This document shows, piece by piece, positions 50,040 through 63,869 of a stretch of DNA of 64,000 nt (position 1 is the stretch's first letter; the number at the start of each line of letters is the position of its first letter). The position numbers were made by a program, and so were the translations under genes. Source of the stretch: Octopus sinensis (taxonomy: Eukaryota); NCBI RefSeq assembly GCF_006345805.1, contig NC_043001.1:102052001-102116000 (forward strand). The letters are read 5' to 3'. The notes under the pieces are model-generated. The model saw only the letters and a list, made by a program, of their open reading frames with translations, ran no database searches and had not been told where the DNA came from.

Positions 50040-50560
50040 CAAGTGAAAAGAGGTATCATAAGCATAATCCAGAAAAACGGCTGAAAGACTGACAAAGAGA
50101 CAACAGTTTATACCATTCTATAACTTTGGAGTTTACGGATAATCAGCCTGGCACTGTTTTCATGAACCTCCAGGAAAGAAATTACCTCATAATTGAAATT
50201 TCAATGCCAACCAATGATAATGGATTTCTGAAAGAAATCAAAAAGTTATCTGAATAAAAAAACTCTGGAAACAGAGAAAACAAGAGCATAAGGCGGCACA
50301 CAAACTGGAACAATCTCTGTGACTCGTGGCACTTTGGGAATTATTTAAAAAAGATGCAGACAATACATAGTCAAAACGCCAGAACTTACAAAGATGCTCA
50401 CCATTACACCACCAAGCACTGCATCTATACAGAATAATGTCAATATAATAGAAGCAACAAAACAAAGACAAAACACTACACCTACCCAAAGCAGCCCAAA
50501 CAGTTGCACTCAGTGGTGTTGCGAATACAGCATCAACAACAACAACAACAATGCTTTCTT

Positions 50561-50597
<37 letters not shown>
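50040..50597 (+). mobile_element. Decayed R4/Dong-clade 3' fragment ending in (TAA)n
   Basis: DNQPGTVFMNLQERNYLIIEISMPTNDN is a degenerate NRPDIV..D....IIDISVP RLE motif; a 3'UTR follows, then (TAA)n at ~50561-50597. Confidence 0.6.
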
Positions 50598-50598
<1 letters not shown>

Positions 50599-51371
50599 CA
50601 ACGAAACAATACATTAACAAAGTGGAGATGAGACAAAATGGTATTTCCAAAGGATTATCAATTGATTTCACTGTGCTAATCCTCTACGTATCTTTAATCT
50701 ATGCTGTACCTAAGTTGAGCTTCTGCATGCCATTTAAATATCTAACTTTCAGATCAATGTATTGATGACTAACTGTAGAGCAAGTTGTAACTTTCTCATC
50801 TATAATTCCCTGTACGCAGCCAACCAACGGAGAAAGGAAAGACAAGATTTGTCATTTAATTGATGAGTACGGAAGAGGAGAGCTTCTGTTTGGTGAAATT
50901 ATAAAATATTCAAAGAAACGTCAAAACTCACCTTTCCTCACAACACACAAACTTATATTAACAATTTTATTAATTGTGTTTTTTAGTTTTATTTTTTGCT
51001 AAGTCAAACTATTGCAAACTTTCACAAATTTTAGTCTTTTTTGGTGCTTTCTTATTCTTTGTTTTTTTTTTTGTTTCTGCTTGGTGAAGCAAACTTGACA
51101 ACATAGTTTCAATTTCTGACTTGAGTCAGTCATTTTGATTTTTTTTACCTTAAAAATTACCCGATTTTCTGTTAAGAAACTGATTGGCTTACACCTTTGA
51201 CTTTTCTCTTTGCATACAAACACACACACATACATACATACACACATACATGCACATACATGCATACATACATATGCACATGTACACACGCATACATACA
51301 TACACACACATACACATACACACATACATACACACATGTACACGTACATACAGTTACATACACATACATAT

Positions 51372-51401
<30 letters not shown>

Positions 51402-51405
<4 letters not shown>

Positions 51406-52843
51406 CAAATCTGTGCATTCAATAAAACAGCGGCCCACAATGTGTTTTGGCAGTGCCAATACTCATACCAACATTTGGGCTGCTTGATTGGACGCTTGAT
51501 GAGATCTGTTCCATTGATGTGAAAACCCAGAAGATACTAACAAACACACATAATTTCCACATCAACAGTGACAGAGACCACCTCCACCTAAAACGAAAAC
51601 AAGGTGGCAGACGCTTAACATCGATCCAAGATGCCTTTGAAAGTCATATCATATCCTTTCACCAACACCTTTTAACTGCCAAATCTTGAAGTGCATCCCT
51701 TGACTGAGTTTGCATTCATGAGGCTGATTACATCACAAGACTTGGAATGCAGCTCCTTGAGCAACACTCTTTGTCTGATAACCTAGAATACATGCCCAAT
51801 GAAGTCACACAACTCTATCACAACATATCATCAGATGAAAGGATGAACTTATATGAGCAGAAGACTATGCATGGATATGTTAGTAGAAAGCTCCGTGATG
51901 ATAGTAACATCGATCATCAAAGCAGATTATCATGGGCCAATAGCCGGATAACTATTTTGAAAGGTATGTGTTTGAAATCCAGGAACAGGAAATCTCAACC
52001 AAGTACCTGATGCACAAAAGAGATAGAGATGCTGGAAAAGCAGTAAAATGTGACAACTGATGCAGACTTTGTGGAGTTCATACTGAAGATATCACCCACA
52101 CCATAAGCAGTTGTCCGAAAATCTCATCACGGTATTATCTACCAATGAGACATTACTTTGTAGCTAGGACAAAGAAATAAAAACCCACAATATGGTAGAG
52201 GCCATAGCCACTCAATAAAAAGGAATACTGGTGGAATGTACCAGTGAAGACCTCAATAAAATGTAAGCACAACAGACCTGATATAATGATTTGGGATAGA
52301 GAAGAGAAACTGTGCATGGTTGTGGAAATTAGCTGCCCAGCGGATGTTAACATAAAGCTGAAGATCAGTGAAAAAGAGAACACCTGGTCTGAACTATTGA
52401 GAAATCTGCAGTTACTCTATCCAGATTACAGGTTCAGGCTTATACCTGTAATTATTGGGGCCCTGGGATATGTAACACTCTACCTAATTACCAATTTTGA
52501 GGAATTAGGCTTCTCAAAACCAGAAAGAAGAAAACTAATTCGAAGACTACATATCCAAGCCATTACTGGAACTGTAAAAATCTGTAAAACTTTGCAGAAG
52601 TTTATCATTTAAATATATATGATCATGTCTAGATATGCAACTATATGCATGAGAATGCATATAGAAAGTGAAACATACAAATCTGTACATATACACACAC
52701 ACACATTCACTCATACATACATACATACATACATACACACATACCCTGTTGATCATTTTGAAGTTCCAATGAAGGAGCCTTGGATCTAGGTTAGAAACCG
52801 GCTTTTCTCTATTAGCAAGAAATCTTGAAATAAAACTGAATAA
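51402..52843 (+). mobile_element. R4/Dong-clade RLE retrotransposon, 5'-truncated, between (CA)n/(TACA)n tracts
   Basis: AVPILIPTFGLLDWTLDEICSIDVKTQKILT...FHINSDRD.L.LKRKQGGR.L; knuckle CRLCGVHTEDITHTISSC; RLE HNRPDIMIWDREEKLCMVVEISCP..KISEKEN; end IPVIIGALG...KFII*; 3'UTR ends GAAATAAAACTGAATAA(CA)n. Confidence 0.9.
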
Positions 52844-54084
52844 CACACATACACACACACACACACACACACTTACATACATGTATTATGGTATAGTTTA
52901 GTGTGTACAAGCTCACATGTTTGTTTTGTTTTTAATTTCAAATCATCAGGATTTTGAGAAAAAAATAATTATAGAGGTTCTCATACTTGTGTGAAGGAGA
53001 AAAGGAGGACAAAGAATGAGCGGAGGGTGTTTTGGGAAAAGGTTGAAATAAGGTTTGAATATATGGCCATTAAATTCTGTATTAGGATAATGGCTAAAAA
53101 CAAATAGATTGGTTATGGAATTGAATTTTTAAAAAAAGGACAGTTTTTGTTGATAGGGAAGGGAGATAATTTATGTTCATGTTTCAGCTGTTAATTACAT
53201 CTGAGGTGTGAATAAATTTTGAGGCCTGAGAGTGACATTAAAACCAACATTAAGTTTCAAAGTGTTTAAAGATAAATGCTTAAGCGTAGTTATAGATTTG
53301 TAGCGTACGCTTGAGGAAAAATTCAATTGTAAAGTTATAGGAAATAGGATCGGTCATTTTAAGTATCTTAAGAATAATATTAAATTTGTTTAGTCTACCA
53401 TGGAATTCGGTGGAAGAAAAAGAGATTAGGAAAGACGGCAATGAAATTGTATTTGTTAAAGTAGAAATTAAAAACAAAATTGAAGATGTGAGAAGAATAT
53501 TATTAAATTTATGTAGTTTACCACAATTTAGGTTGTGAAAAAGCCAAATTACTATAAAAGGATATTTGTTTCAATTACTATATAAGGGTGTTTCTTGAAC
53601 TTAGAATATTAAAATACAGCCTAAGTGAAGGAAATTTAAATGAAAAGGAAAAGAAATTTTTAGATGTTAGAAGAATTCTATGAAATTGGTTTAGGTGGAA
53701 GAAAAAAAATAAAACAACTGACCATATGATGGTATTTGCTAAACTGTGAATGAGAGAGGTTCATTCAGAAGGATGTTATTAAATTTATTTAGCTCCCTTA
53801 ATTTGGGTAAAACAAAAACAAAGTTAAGTTAAAGGGCCTTATAACAGTTTTCATTAAACAAGAGGATATTAAAAATAAAGTTAGGAAATATAATAGTATA
53901 AGAAAAATAAGCTCTTAAACTTCAGGAATAATAACTGAACGAAAGTATGTACGACTCTCAGGAGAGAATGAAAGACAATAAAGAGGAGCAAATTCTTAGG
54001 GTGAATAAATAGCATGCACAATTGAACATGGATATATGTTTAAAAATATATAAATACACATCTAGAAAAAAATGCTACCTATGT

Positions 54085-54620
54085 AGGAGTGGCTGTGTGG
54101 TAAGTAGCTTACTTACCAACCACATGGTTCCAGGTTCAGTCCCACAGCATGGTACCTTGGGCAAGTGTCTTCTACTATGGCCTCAGGCTGACCAAAGCCT
54201 TGTGGGTGGATTTGGCAGACAGAAACTGAAAGAAGCCAGGCCTTCTCAATCACAGCATATCTCCAAAGGTCTTGGTATCCTGTCATTGCCTCTGTGAGGC
54301 CCAATGTTTGAAGGTCATGCTTCACACCTCATACCATATTTTAATGGGTCTCCCTCTTCCACAAGTTCCTTCCACAAGGAGTGGCACTTTCTCATGCAGC
54401 TGTCCTCATCCATACATATATTTGTGTGTCTGTCTTTGTACCCCCACCATCGCCTGACAACCAATGTTAGTATGTTTACATCCCTGTAACTTAGCAGTTC
54501 GTCGAAAGAGTTCAATAGAATAAGTACTAGGCTTACAAGGAATAAGTCCTGAGGTCGATTTGTTTGTCTAAAGGTGACGCTCCATCCTGGCCACAGTCAA
54601 ATGACTGAAACAAATAAAAG
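54085..54620 (+). mobile_element. CORE-type SINE interrupted by a minus-strand RTE C-terminal fragment (~54235-54400)
   Basis: SINE head GTGGCTGTGTGGTAAG..GCTT; the insert encodes KHDLQTLGLTEAMTGYQDLWRYAVIEK. Confidence 0.75.
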
Positions 54621-54769
54621 AATAGGTGTGAGTACGTCCAGATACAACAACCTGTCACAACCTAAAGAAAGACGATTCTAAATAAAAAGAATCAAGATTA
54701 TAAGAGTTAAAATACACAGAAAACTTCAAAAGTATATAAAAACATAAAGATGCAGAAAAATACAGAAAA

Positions 54770-55580
54770 CTCTCACTCTCAGAGCAACCACCTCCACTAC
54801 AGACTTGGTCACCCAGGTAGTGGAGGCTATTAACTACTTGTAGTTTCTTCCCCTGGCATGTGATGGAATCTGTTATTTGTACATCTTCAGTGTTTATTGC
54901 CCCTGTGTATCTGCCACACAAAAACTATCTTCCAGGTCAACTTTCCTTTGATGTTGCTGCACCTCTTATGTGTCCATAGCTTACAATGGGTACATCTTAT
55001 GGAGTTTCTACCTATGCCTTTTCTACCTGAAGGGGGTTGTGATTTGACAGCCTTCCTACTTATTAAGACTTTGGTTTTAGCTAGGTTGACTCTAAGGCCC
55101 TTCGATTCTAATCCTTGCTCCCACACCTAAAACTTCTCTTGTTCTGATAGTGACTCAGCAATCAGAGCAAGGTCATCAGCATAGGGGAGCTCCCAGGGGC
55201 AGCCTGTCTTGAATTCCTGTTATTGCCTGGAGGAGTATAGTGAATAAAAGGGGGCTGAGGACCAATCCTTGGTGAACCCCTACATCTGTTCGGAATTCTT
55301 CACTATACTTATTGCCAACCCTCATCTTACTGACAGCATCCTTGTACAGCTCTTACCAACAACTCATCTATTCCCAGTTTCTGCACTGACCACCAGATAA
55401 GGGATCAGGGGACCCTGTCAAAAGCTTTCTCCAAGCCAACAAAAGCCAAGTACAGAGGTTTATCTTTGGCTAGATATTTCTTCTGCAGTTGCCTTACCAG
55501 AAATATAGCATCAGTGGTGCTTCTGCCTGGTACACAACCGAACTGCATCTCATCTAGGTTAACTCTCTCCCTAATTATTT
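54770..55580 (-). mobile_element. RTE-clade LINE RT fragment with PHD-like Cys insertion
   Basis: GVHQGLVLSPLLF; YADDLALIA; GLRVNLAKTKVL; NSIRCTHCKLWTHKRCS; LHYLGDQVCSGGGCSES. Confidence 0.88.
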
Positions 55581-55617
55581 GGGCTATGACCCTCTCTGTA
55601 ACTTTAACATTGTAACT

Positions 55618-56048
55618 TCATCATCGTCATCATTTAACATCTGCTTTCTTGCTGGCATGGGTTGGATGATTTGAGTGAGGACTGGTGAGCCAGGAGGCTG
55701 CACCAGGCTGCAATCTGTTCTGACAAAGATTCTACAGCTGGATGCTCTTCCTAACGCCAACCACTCCAAAAGTGTAGTGGGTGCTTTTACATGCCACTAG
55801 CATGAGGGCCTGTCAGACAGTTCTGGCAATGACCATGCTCAAAAGGTGTTTTTTATGTGCTACTTGCATGGGAGCCAGTCTGGCAGCACTGGCAATGACC
55901 ACGCTCGAATGGTGTTTTTCACACGCCACTGGCACATGTGCCAGTAAGGTGACACTGGCAACAATCACGCTCGAATGATGCTTTTCATGTGTAACGGCAT
56001 AGGAGCTAATCCGTGTCCCTGCGAACAATCACGCTTGGATGTGCTTTA
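55618..56048 (-). mobile_element. RTE 3'UTR-type repeat with ~64-bp monomer array
   Basis: Same structure and the same outer boundary motif (GATGTGCTT) as 19075-19506. Confidence 0.8.
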
Positions 56049-56546
56049 ACTTATATATATATATAAGTGCATAGATTGATATTAAAATAAAATTCAATTA
56101 AGAGATCATCATCATCATTATTTAATGTCCATTTTCCCTGCTGGCATGGGTTGGATGGATTGACAGGGAACCAGTGAGCTGCAGGCCCGAATCATGCTCC
56201 ATGTCACATTTGACAGAGTTTATAGAGCAGGATGCACTCTTATTGCAAACCGCTTTGCAGTATGTGTAAGGTGAATTGTCAGAAGGGATCAGATCAACCC
56301 TGGCAGCATTTATTCAGGTACTTTGCATTTTATGGCAACACCTGCAATAATACTGGATGAGTTGGCAGAAGAGTCAAAAGTAGAGATTGCATTTTAGAGA
56401 GGAATTAAGGTAGACAAAATTCTGGTGTTTTACTCAGAAATAAACACTCTCTTTCCTTCTGAATTGTGGAGTAACTTGGTCAGGTAAGACAGTACTGGAC
56501 AGTGAGAGAAAATGGCTTTAAAGAGCAAACATTTTAATTAATTTAA

Positions 56547-56766
56547 CCCTTTCGATACCAAGTTGGCTGAAACCACCTCTGATGTTGTAATGCAAATGTC
56601 TTGTTTTCATAAATTTTGAATTAAAATACCACCGAACCTTAGTCACAATTTATGTTCCTAACACTAGCTTAATGATAACTAAGTTATTTTATTAAAGTCT
56701 TTGTTATATTTAAAATTAATTGAAAGGCACGCAGAGCATCTCAACAGAAATACAGTAACAAAAGGG
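56547..56766. mobile_element. piggyBac-type MITE with TTAA TSD
   Basis: TTAA|CCCTTTCG ... CAAAAGGG|TTAA. Confidence 0.85.
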
Positions 56767-56784
56767 TTAAGTAAATTGCCAGGC

Positions 56785-57160
56785 ATAGGCATGTCTGTGT
56801 GGTAAGAAGCTTGCATCCTAATCTCATGGCTCTGGGTTCAATCTCAGTGTGGCACCTTGGGAAAATATCTTCTACTATAACTTCAGGCTGACCAAAACTG
56901 TGTGAGTGAATATGGTAGACAGAAACTGAAAGAAGCCCTCGTGTGTGTGTGTGTGATTGTCCCCAACGATTGCTTCACAACCGGTGTTGGTATGTTTACA
57001 TCCCTGTAGTTCAGAAGTTCAACAAAAGAGAGACCACTAGAATAAGTATGAAGCTTGAAAAAAGAAATAGGTCCTGAGGTCGATTCCTTCAACCAAAGAT
57101 CCTTCGAGGTGGTGCCCCAGCATGGCCACATTCTGATAACTGAAACAAGAAAAAGATAAA
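56785..57160 (+). mobile_element. CORE-type tRNA SINE
   Basis: GTGTGGTAAGAAGCTTGC...GGTTCAATCTCAGTGTGGCACCTTGGG...GGTAGACAGAAACTGAAAGAAGCCC. Confidence 0.8.
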
Positions 57161-60127
57161 TGATACTTGGTGAAGAACCAAGAAGTCTTATCAAGGTGCC
57201 ACTCTTTTGCACTAACACCAAGAATGAGACAGTACCTAATTAAAGGTAATTATGTCATGGTCTATCCATTGCTAAAATAGTCTTTTACAGTTTGGTTTAG
57301 TTTCTTCAGAGTGAATGAATGGAATATTCTTTTCTCAATGCCTACGTATAGCTTGGACACCAAACGATGTAGTCTTTAACAGTTTTCCCATTGTGTTGTA
57401 TTTATCTTTTCCTACTTTTTGCTGAAGGATTTTTCCCTCCTACAATTCTTTCCTATTAAGTTTTTAGCCAAACAACTTTTCCCTCTTGTTTCTTTCCAGA
57501 CCATTTTCTCTGAATTCTTTACTGTTTTTAATCTTACAGTTTCTTGCTGCAGCTTTTTTTCCCCCTCCAAAGTTATCCATTCCTAATCTTTTGCAGTTTT
57601 CCCCACACACACACGTCCCACCTTCAGTAAATACACAAGTTTTCTTTCTGTCTTTCCGACAAGAATTTTTTGTCAATAATTTATATTTTCTGAAAATTAT
57701 TCTGTTTTTGATTTCTCTTCCTTGCAACTCATCGAGTTTTTATAACAAAACTCATTTGATTCTCTCATTAAAATAATGTTCATTTCTAAAGGATAAAGCT
57801 TTGAAAGACAGTAAACTTGTTCTAACAGACTGTATTAGTCTTTCTATAATGCATGTATACACGTGTGTGTGTGTTCTGCTTTTAATTATTTAAATTCTTT
57901 CTCTGAGGAAGGAGCTGGTATCTAAGATACAAAACTCCATCATTGCAATCTAGATAACAAAACAATGTCGCACATGCATGTATGTATGTATGTATGTAGG
58001 TAGGTAGTTAGGTACAGGTATGTGTGTGAGCATGCATTTGTATGTAAGTACACGCGTATGTTTGTATGCTTGCATGTATATGTTTACGTATGGCATCATC
58101 ATTTAGCGTCTGTTTTCCATGCTGGCATGGGTTGGACGGTTTGACAGGGGCTGGCATGGAGAGCTGTCCAGACTTCAATTGCATAGTATCACTGTGTATT
58201 TGGCCTGCCAAGTACAGTGATACATATTACTGTATAATGAATACACACACACACACACACACCTGCCATATCCAGAATGAAGCTTTTTCTGCTTCTTTCT
58301 CCCACTGGTAAATCCCTGGTTTGCTGCCCTTCCTAGATTTGATAGCAACCCATATGACGTGGTAGATTCAGGCACAAATTGTTGTGCTGGAGGCAGAGAA
58401 ATGTCCAATAAAGTACAAATGGATAAAGTGCAGAAAGTCAGTGCATAGAATGGCTGGGAAAAGGCCAAGTGGGAAAATGCCTAATGGTGGAAAGAACACG
58501 AAAACCTATGTATGGCTGTCTTGTCTCGCTTATTTGATTTCTCTGTAAACCCCAAAATATTTCAGCAAACCATACTCACAGTGTGCTCTACACAGCTATT
58601 AAAAGAAATCCCCTTCTTTATTTGGCTGTATTCTTAGAGTCATCGTCATCATTTAACATTAATCTTCCCTGTTGACATGGGTTGGACAGTTTAACAAGAA
58701 CTGGTAAGCCAGAGAGCTGCCCCAGGTTCCATCGTCTGCTTTGGCATGGTAATGCTCTGCAGTATTTGTTCTGGTTCTCTATTACTCACAGATGTGCATT
58801 TAAAAAGAATTATCATCATTCGGGATAAATTTACCTGTAATCATGATCTGTTCATTTAAGTAAAAAATCAGGCATCAAAATCTGTGACTCCATTTTTTCC
58901 TGCCTCCCCTTCTTATGGAAGAACATATATTTATGAATCTTATTTTAATGTGAGACTCATCACAAATCAACAGAGATTGTTTAAATACACAGAAATATAT
59001 TTCATAGAAACCATTAGTAATTGATTTGTGCCATTTTTTTCTAGAGAGAGAAATATAGATAAGATCTCTGTTACCTTTCAATGCCTTGTCATCTGCACCA
59101 CGCATAGAATAAAACTTCTCCAATTCCTTTCATAACTTATTCTATCCCCTGTTTTCATTCAGCTGATGATTCCTTATCCAATCGATAAAAGAAAGAAAGG
59201 AAGAAAGTCTGTTTATGTCATTAGTTAGTTAATCCAATTATATATCCATTTTGGTTCCAGTGTCTCATCTAGACAATGCTGCAAATCCACCAAGCTTAAC
59301 GTCCAGCTACAATCTTTTGTCTTAATCCTTGCCCACTTCCTGTAGCCATCATTCTGATATTATATTTATACAAGTGTCGAACTATTATTTCATCGTTCTT
59401 TCCCATAAAATAGAAATCAACATTTATTCCACTGTTTTTTAGCATTTAACTTGAGAACTTTATAGTTTTATCATATCAACTATGCTGATTGGGTTTCTGA
59501 TGTTATGACAGCAAGCTTTCAGAATTGGTAAATTCTATCAGAGTTGAGAACTATATTTAGTAGTAGTGGTAGTGTTAGCAGAACTATGAAAAGTAACACA
59601 AACTGGATCTGATAATGATGGTAGGTTGGTGGTTGGCTTTTGCCATTCTGCCAAAACTGAGAGCATGTCACTAAGGTGGCAAGAAGCACCTGCCCAGTGG
59701 ATCACACCCTGTTAAATATATTTATGTCAAACATTATCAAAATGTAACGGTTCAGACCACATTATTATAAATAGTTATCGTGTGTGTGTGTGTTACACTT
59801 CAATATCTATACTTAGTAGAGTGTTGTAAATTAACTGTCACTCCATCGCTTACTATGAATATTCCAGTTGATCCATTCAATGGAGCAGCCTACTCAGGAA
59901 ATCAATGGGAAGTGATTGAGTATGCCACAGGCCCATGCAGGCCGTTAATGTAGTCCTCAAGGCGATTCTGCATGACACAAAATACAACTCGTCTTACCCA
60001 GCTGAGTGGACTAGAGCAATAGGAAATAAAGTGTCTTGCTCAGGGACACAGTACACCACTAGGTATGGAACTCATGACTTTATATTCGGAAATGAATACC
60101 CTAACCACTAAGTGATGTGCCTTCACC

Positions 60128-60500
60128 TTTATTACCTCCAACTTAGCAAAGGCAGAGGTATTGTTTTCAGTTGTTCTTGTTTGTTTGTTTGTCTGTGGAC
60201 AAGATACCTCAAGAACTGCTGGATGGATTTGGATGAAACTTTCAGGGATGTTTAGCTTCGTGACTGACACAAACTGATTAGATTTTGGGATCGATCTGGT
60301 ACCAGACAAGGATTCTGGATTATTTTTCCTGTTGTTTTTTTACTTAATATTTGAGAGCAGTCAGGTTCATTTTTAGAATTCTCATTTGTGAGAGCAGTTG
60401 AATTTCAGATATTCTCATCTTAAAAATCATCTCTGGCTAATCATTGAGAGGATGTTGGTGTTGCCTTGGTGGAGGTTTGTGCTCTCTGAGTGATCTTGTT
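60128..60500 (+). mobile_element. Helentron-associated non-autonomous element (HINE/DINE-1-like)
   Basis: 5' TTATTACCTCC; internal GTTTGTTTGTCTGT...GGATGGATTTGGATGAAACTTT; 3' CCTTGGTGGAGG (inverted to the 5' end) plus short hairpin GTGCTCTCTGAGTG. Confidence 0.7.
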
Positions 60501-60839
60501 CTTAATCAAATGATGCCATTGTTTAATCCCTGTATGAAATCTTAAAATAGGACACAAGTTGAAAGATATTAACTGTGGTGTCATCTATTTTCGAAGATAA
60601 TTATTACAATATCACAAACACTTAAATATATTATTTACGATGCTGTAAACCTTCAAAGATATCAGCTATTATGGCATATACTTAAAGACCAAATTGTACC
60701 GTGTGATATACAAGCTAAGAGCATTTTAAGTCACTCAGTTCGACAAGAACTTAAGTAGCTAAATTTCTGCTGAAATATTGATGTTTGATGATAATAAAGA
60801 TTGGTAAGGAAATGGTTTTTCACTGCCAATTTATTTATA

Positions 60840-61130
60840 TCATGATCATCATCATTTAACGCCCATTTACCATGCTAGCATGGGTTGGACAGTTCAACTG
60901 GGGTCTGGGAAGCCAAGAGACTGCACCAGACTCCAGTCTGATCTGGCAGTGTTTCTACAGCTGGATGCCCTTCCTAATGCCAACCACTCTGAGAGTGTAG
61001 TGGGTGCTTTTCATGTGCCACTGACATGGGCCAGAGGACGCTGGCAATGACCACGATTGGTTAGTGCTTTTTACATGTCACTGGCACAGAAGCCAGTCAA
61101 AGCGGCACTAGCGTCAGCCATGTTCGGATG
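60840..61130 (-). mobile_element. RTE 3'UTR-type repeat with monomers
   Basis: Family signature plus 2 monomers. Confidence 0.8.
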
Positions 61131-61499
61131 CTCATAACAAAAGTTTTGTTCAGACAAAATGTTTGCGCCATTTTAGAAAAGTCTTGATTTTGTGGTAAGT
61201 ACGATTTTCCTGAACCTGGATGGCAAATTGGTGGTCAGAGCTGTGAACAGCAGAGGAGGCAATATCTTTAGACAAGTGACTATTGGAAAATGATAGCCTC
61301 ATTTCTCCAGGCATCTACCATCACACCTAGGAATGTTGGATTGAAATGGCATTCTATAAGCAAACTGAGTTTGTGTGAGAATAACAGGAAGGTTGTGTTT
61401 TCTGAAGCAAGGCACAAGCTCTTAGACATGACTGAGTGAAAACCATGAGGTAGATTCATGTGTCATGTAATTTTTCTTTTCAGTGACATTATCTTGAAG

Positions 61500-61830
61500 C
61501 ATGGCTATGTTATCTTGAGGACAATTTCAAAATTTGTTTCACAAACCACCAGTCTTCTTTCTGAGGCATCGACAAAAGTAAATCCACTAAGTTGGCTAGC
61601 CATATATGGCGTTTGAAGACCAACCGTACACCACATGGAATCAAGTGGAGAATCATAAGAGAAATTCATGCCATATGTATTTGGATCTAAAAAATGCAAC
61701 TTATGTGTAGCAAAAAAGATCACACATTCTTTCTAGATCCAGGAATTCCACCACACTATTTTATTCCAAATCTGAAATTCTCAGCAAACGCAAGCATATG
61801 GACAAATTTGTTTTGGTGAACTGAAGGACA
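61500..61830 (+). mobile_element. Penelope-like GIY-YIG endonuclease C-terminal remnant
   Basis: FKICFTNHQSSF...STKLASHIWRLK...IKWRII....SKKCNLCVAKK...SEILSKRKH..KF matches the PLE pattern FK.RY.NH..SF..ST.LS..IW.LK..I.W.I..C.LC..EK..SKCRH. Confidence 0.75.
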
Positions 61831-62089
61831 CCACCCTCTTTGGATTGAGCAACTATTTCACAGAATTCAGACTCCTCTCTATTGAATTATTCCACAGCTA
61901 CTTTAATTATGACTTCTACCATCAAAGGAGACATAACTCCCACCCCCCTTTTTTTATCCACCCACTTTTTGTATCAACATCCTTCTCATTTTTTTTCTTG
62001 TGGTTGCTCATGTGCCAGCCTTCTGATTCTCAAATAGAACAGACCGTGTGTTCAGAGCCTAAAAATTACTTGGAAATAAAGGCACATTA

Positions 62090-62790
62090 TAAAAACCTGA
62101 GAGTTGGACTCAGTGATGTATTTCATTTAGAAACTGGAGTATGCCAGGGATCAGTTCTTAGTCCACTCTTATTCCTCATAGTTCTCCAGGCCATAACAGA
62201 TGATTTCAAAACTGGATGCCATGGGAACATGGGCATCCCATGCTGATGATCTTGCTCTTATTGCAGAAGCTGAAGCAGAATTGGAGAAGTTCCAGGTTTG
62301 GAAACAAAACCTGGGATCAAAGGGCCTTAAAGTTAACTTAGCTAAGACTAAAGTTGTTGTTAGTAAGAAAGGAGATAAAGTCCTGGTTCCTGCTGGTAAA
62401 TGGCTCTGCTCAATATGTAGGAAAGGAGTGGGATGTCATTTCATTTGCTGGGTCTAACTCTTCCACAGGTTCCCTCAACCGCTAGGATGTGACACCTTTT
62501 CACACAGCTATTCTCATCCATTCTCACCACATGACCATACCAGCACAGTCGTCTCTCTTGCACACCACATCTGATGCTTCTTAGGTCCAACTTTTCTCTC
62601 AAGGTACTTACACTCTGTTGTGTATGAACACTGGCATTACACATCCATCGGATCATATTGGCTTCATTCCTTGCAAGCTTATACATGTCCTCAGCAGTCA
62701 CACCGCATGTTTCACTACCATGTAGCATAGCTGTTCATACACATGCATCATACAGTCTACCTTTTACTCTGAGCAAGAGGCCCTTTGTCA
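62090..62790. mobile_element. Two convergent fragments of one RTE-type LINE family (RT core on +, C-terminal part on -)
   Basis: Plus: GVCQGSVLSPLLF..HADDLALIA..KWLCSICRKGVG. Minus: VKGRLYDACV..MLHGSET..RRLCWYGHVVRMD..GTCGRVRP. Confidence 0.85.
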
Positions 62791-62792
62791 CC

Positions 62793-62835
<43 letters not shown>

Positions 62836-62869
62836 TGTGTGTGTAAATATATATTTATATGTATGTATA

Positions 62870-63744
62870 CAGGGTGCAGTGAATAAACTGTCATCTAAAT
62901 TATGCAAAAATAAAAATAACACTGACATCTCATTTTAACAGATATATTTACCAAAATTACATAGAAATATTTTGAAATACTAAAAGAGTAAATTTATTCT
63001 ATAAAATCGCCATTGGCTTCAACCATGGCCTCCAGACGACTTCAGAATCTTTTGCAACTCTTCTGGATGGTCTCCGTTAAGTTGATAAATGCTGACATAA
63101 TTCTTGCCTTCAGTTCATCTTTGGTGTTACAAGGAGTTCTGTTGGTCTCTCACTCTCAACTGTGCCCCACATACTAATCAAGATGTTTGAAGTCTGGGGA
63201 GTTAGGTGGCGAGATGTTAGGAGTGATTTGGTTGTAGAAATTGTCTCACAGCCATGACTGGGTTCTCCTGCTTGTGTGGCATGGTGCAGAGTCCTGTTGT
63301 CAGACATAGGGTCTTCCAGCAGCCACACTCTTGGTTCAGGACATCACTACCTCCTCCAGGCACATGATGTAGGCCTCTGTATTGAGTCTGAGACCACGTG
63401 GGAAGATGATGGAGGCATAACATCACCATCACTATTGATCACTCCAAACATCATTATGTTTGATTTTTATCACTCTTGGTACATTTTCTCAGATTGCACT
63501 GTCCTCAGATTGACATCCAAACACTCTGAAATATTCGTATTGGAGCTTCTGGCATGAATACCAAGCAGCACAGCAAGTCGTTTTCAATTTTCTGGCTGAG
63601 TGAATTGCATCACGGTGCTGTTTTTCTCACAGATGGTGCCAATCTGACCCTACTATACTGTGTTGTTGACAAAATGATAAACAAACAATGTGCATGTATG
63701 AAATTAAAATGTCCAAATGATGACAATATACACATCGCACCCTG
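62870..63744 (-). mobile_element. Internally deleted Tc1/mariner (maT/DD37D-like) transposon with both TIRs
   Basis: TIRs CAGGGTGCAGTGAATAAACTGTCATC / GATGACAATATACACATCGCACCCTG; left TA; minus translation MMFGVI.SDGDVMPP..LNTEAY..QQDSAPCHTS..PPNSPD..NTKDELKARI..RLEAMVEANGDFIE*. Confidence 0.88.
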
Positions 63745-63869
63745 AGTGTGTGTGTGTATGTGTATACACACACGTACAAGCTCTCACATACACACGCACT
63801 CACACCTTCGTTTTGGGATCACCACTACTTTATTATCTCCCCTTCTTCCTAGCTCTCCTGTGTGACCCC

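Noticed and set aside
52920-54050. AT-rich block that might be a decayed retroelement ORF on the minus strand
   Set aside because: No diagnostic motif recovered by eye.
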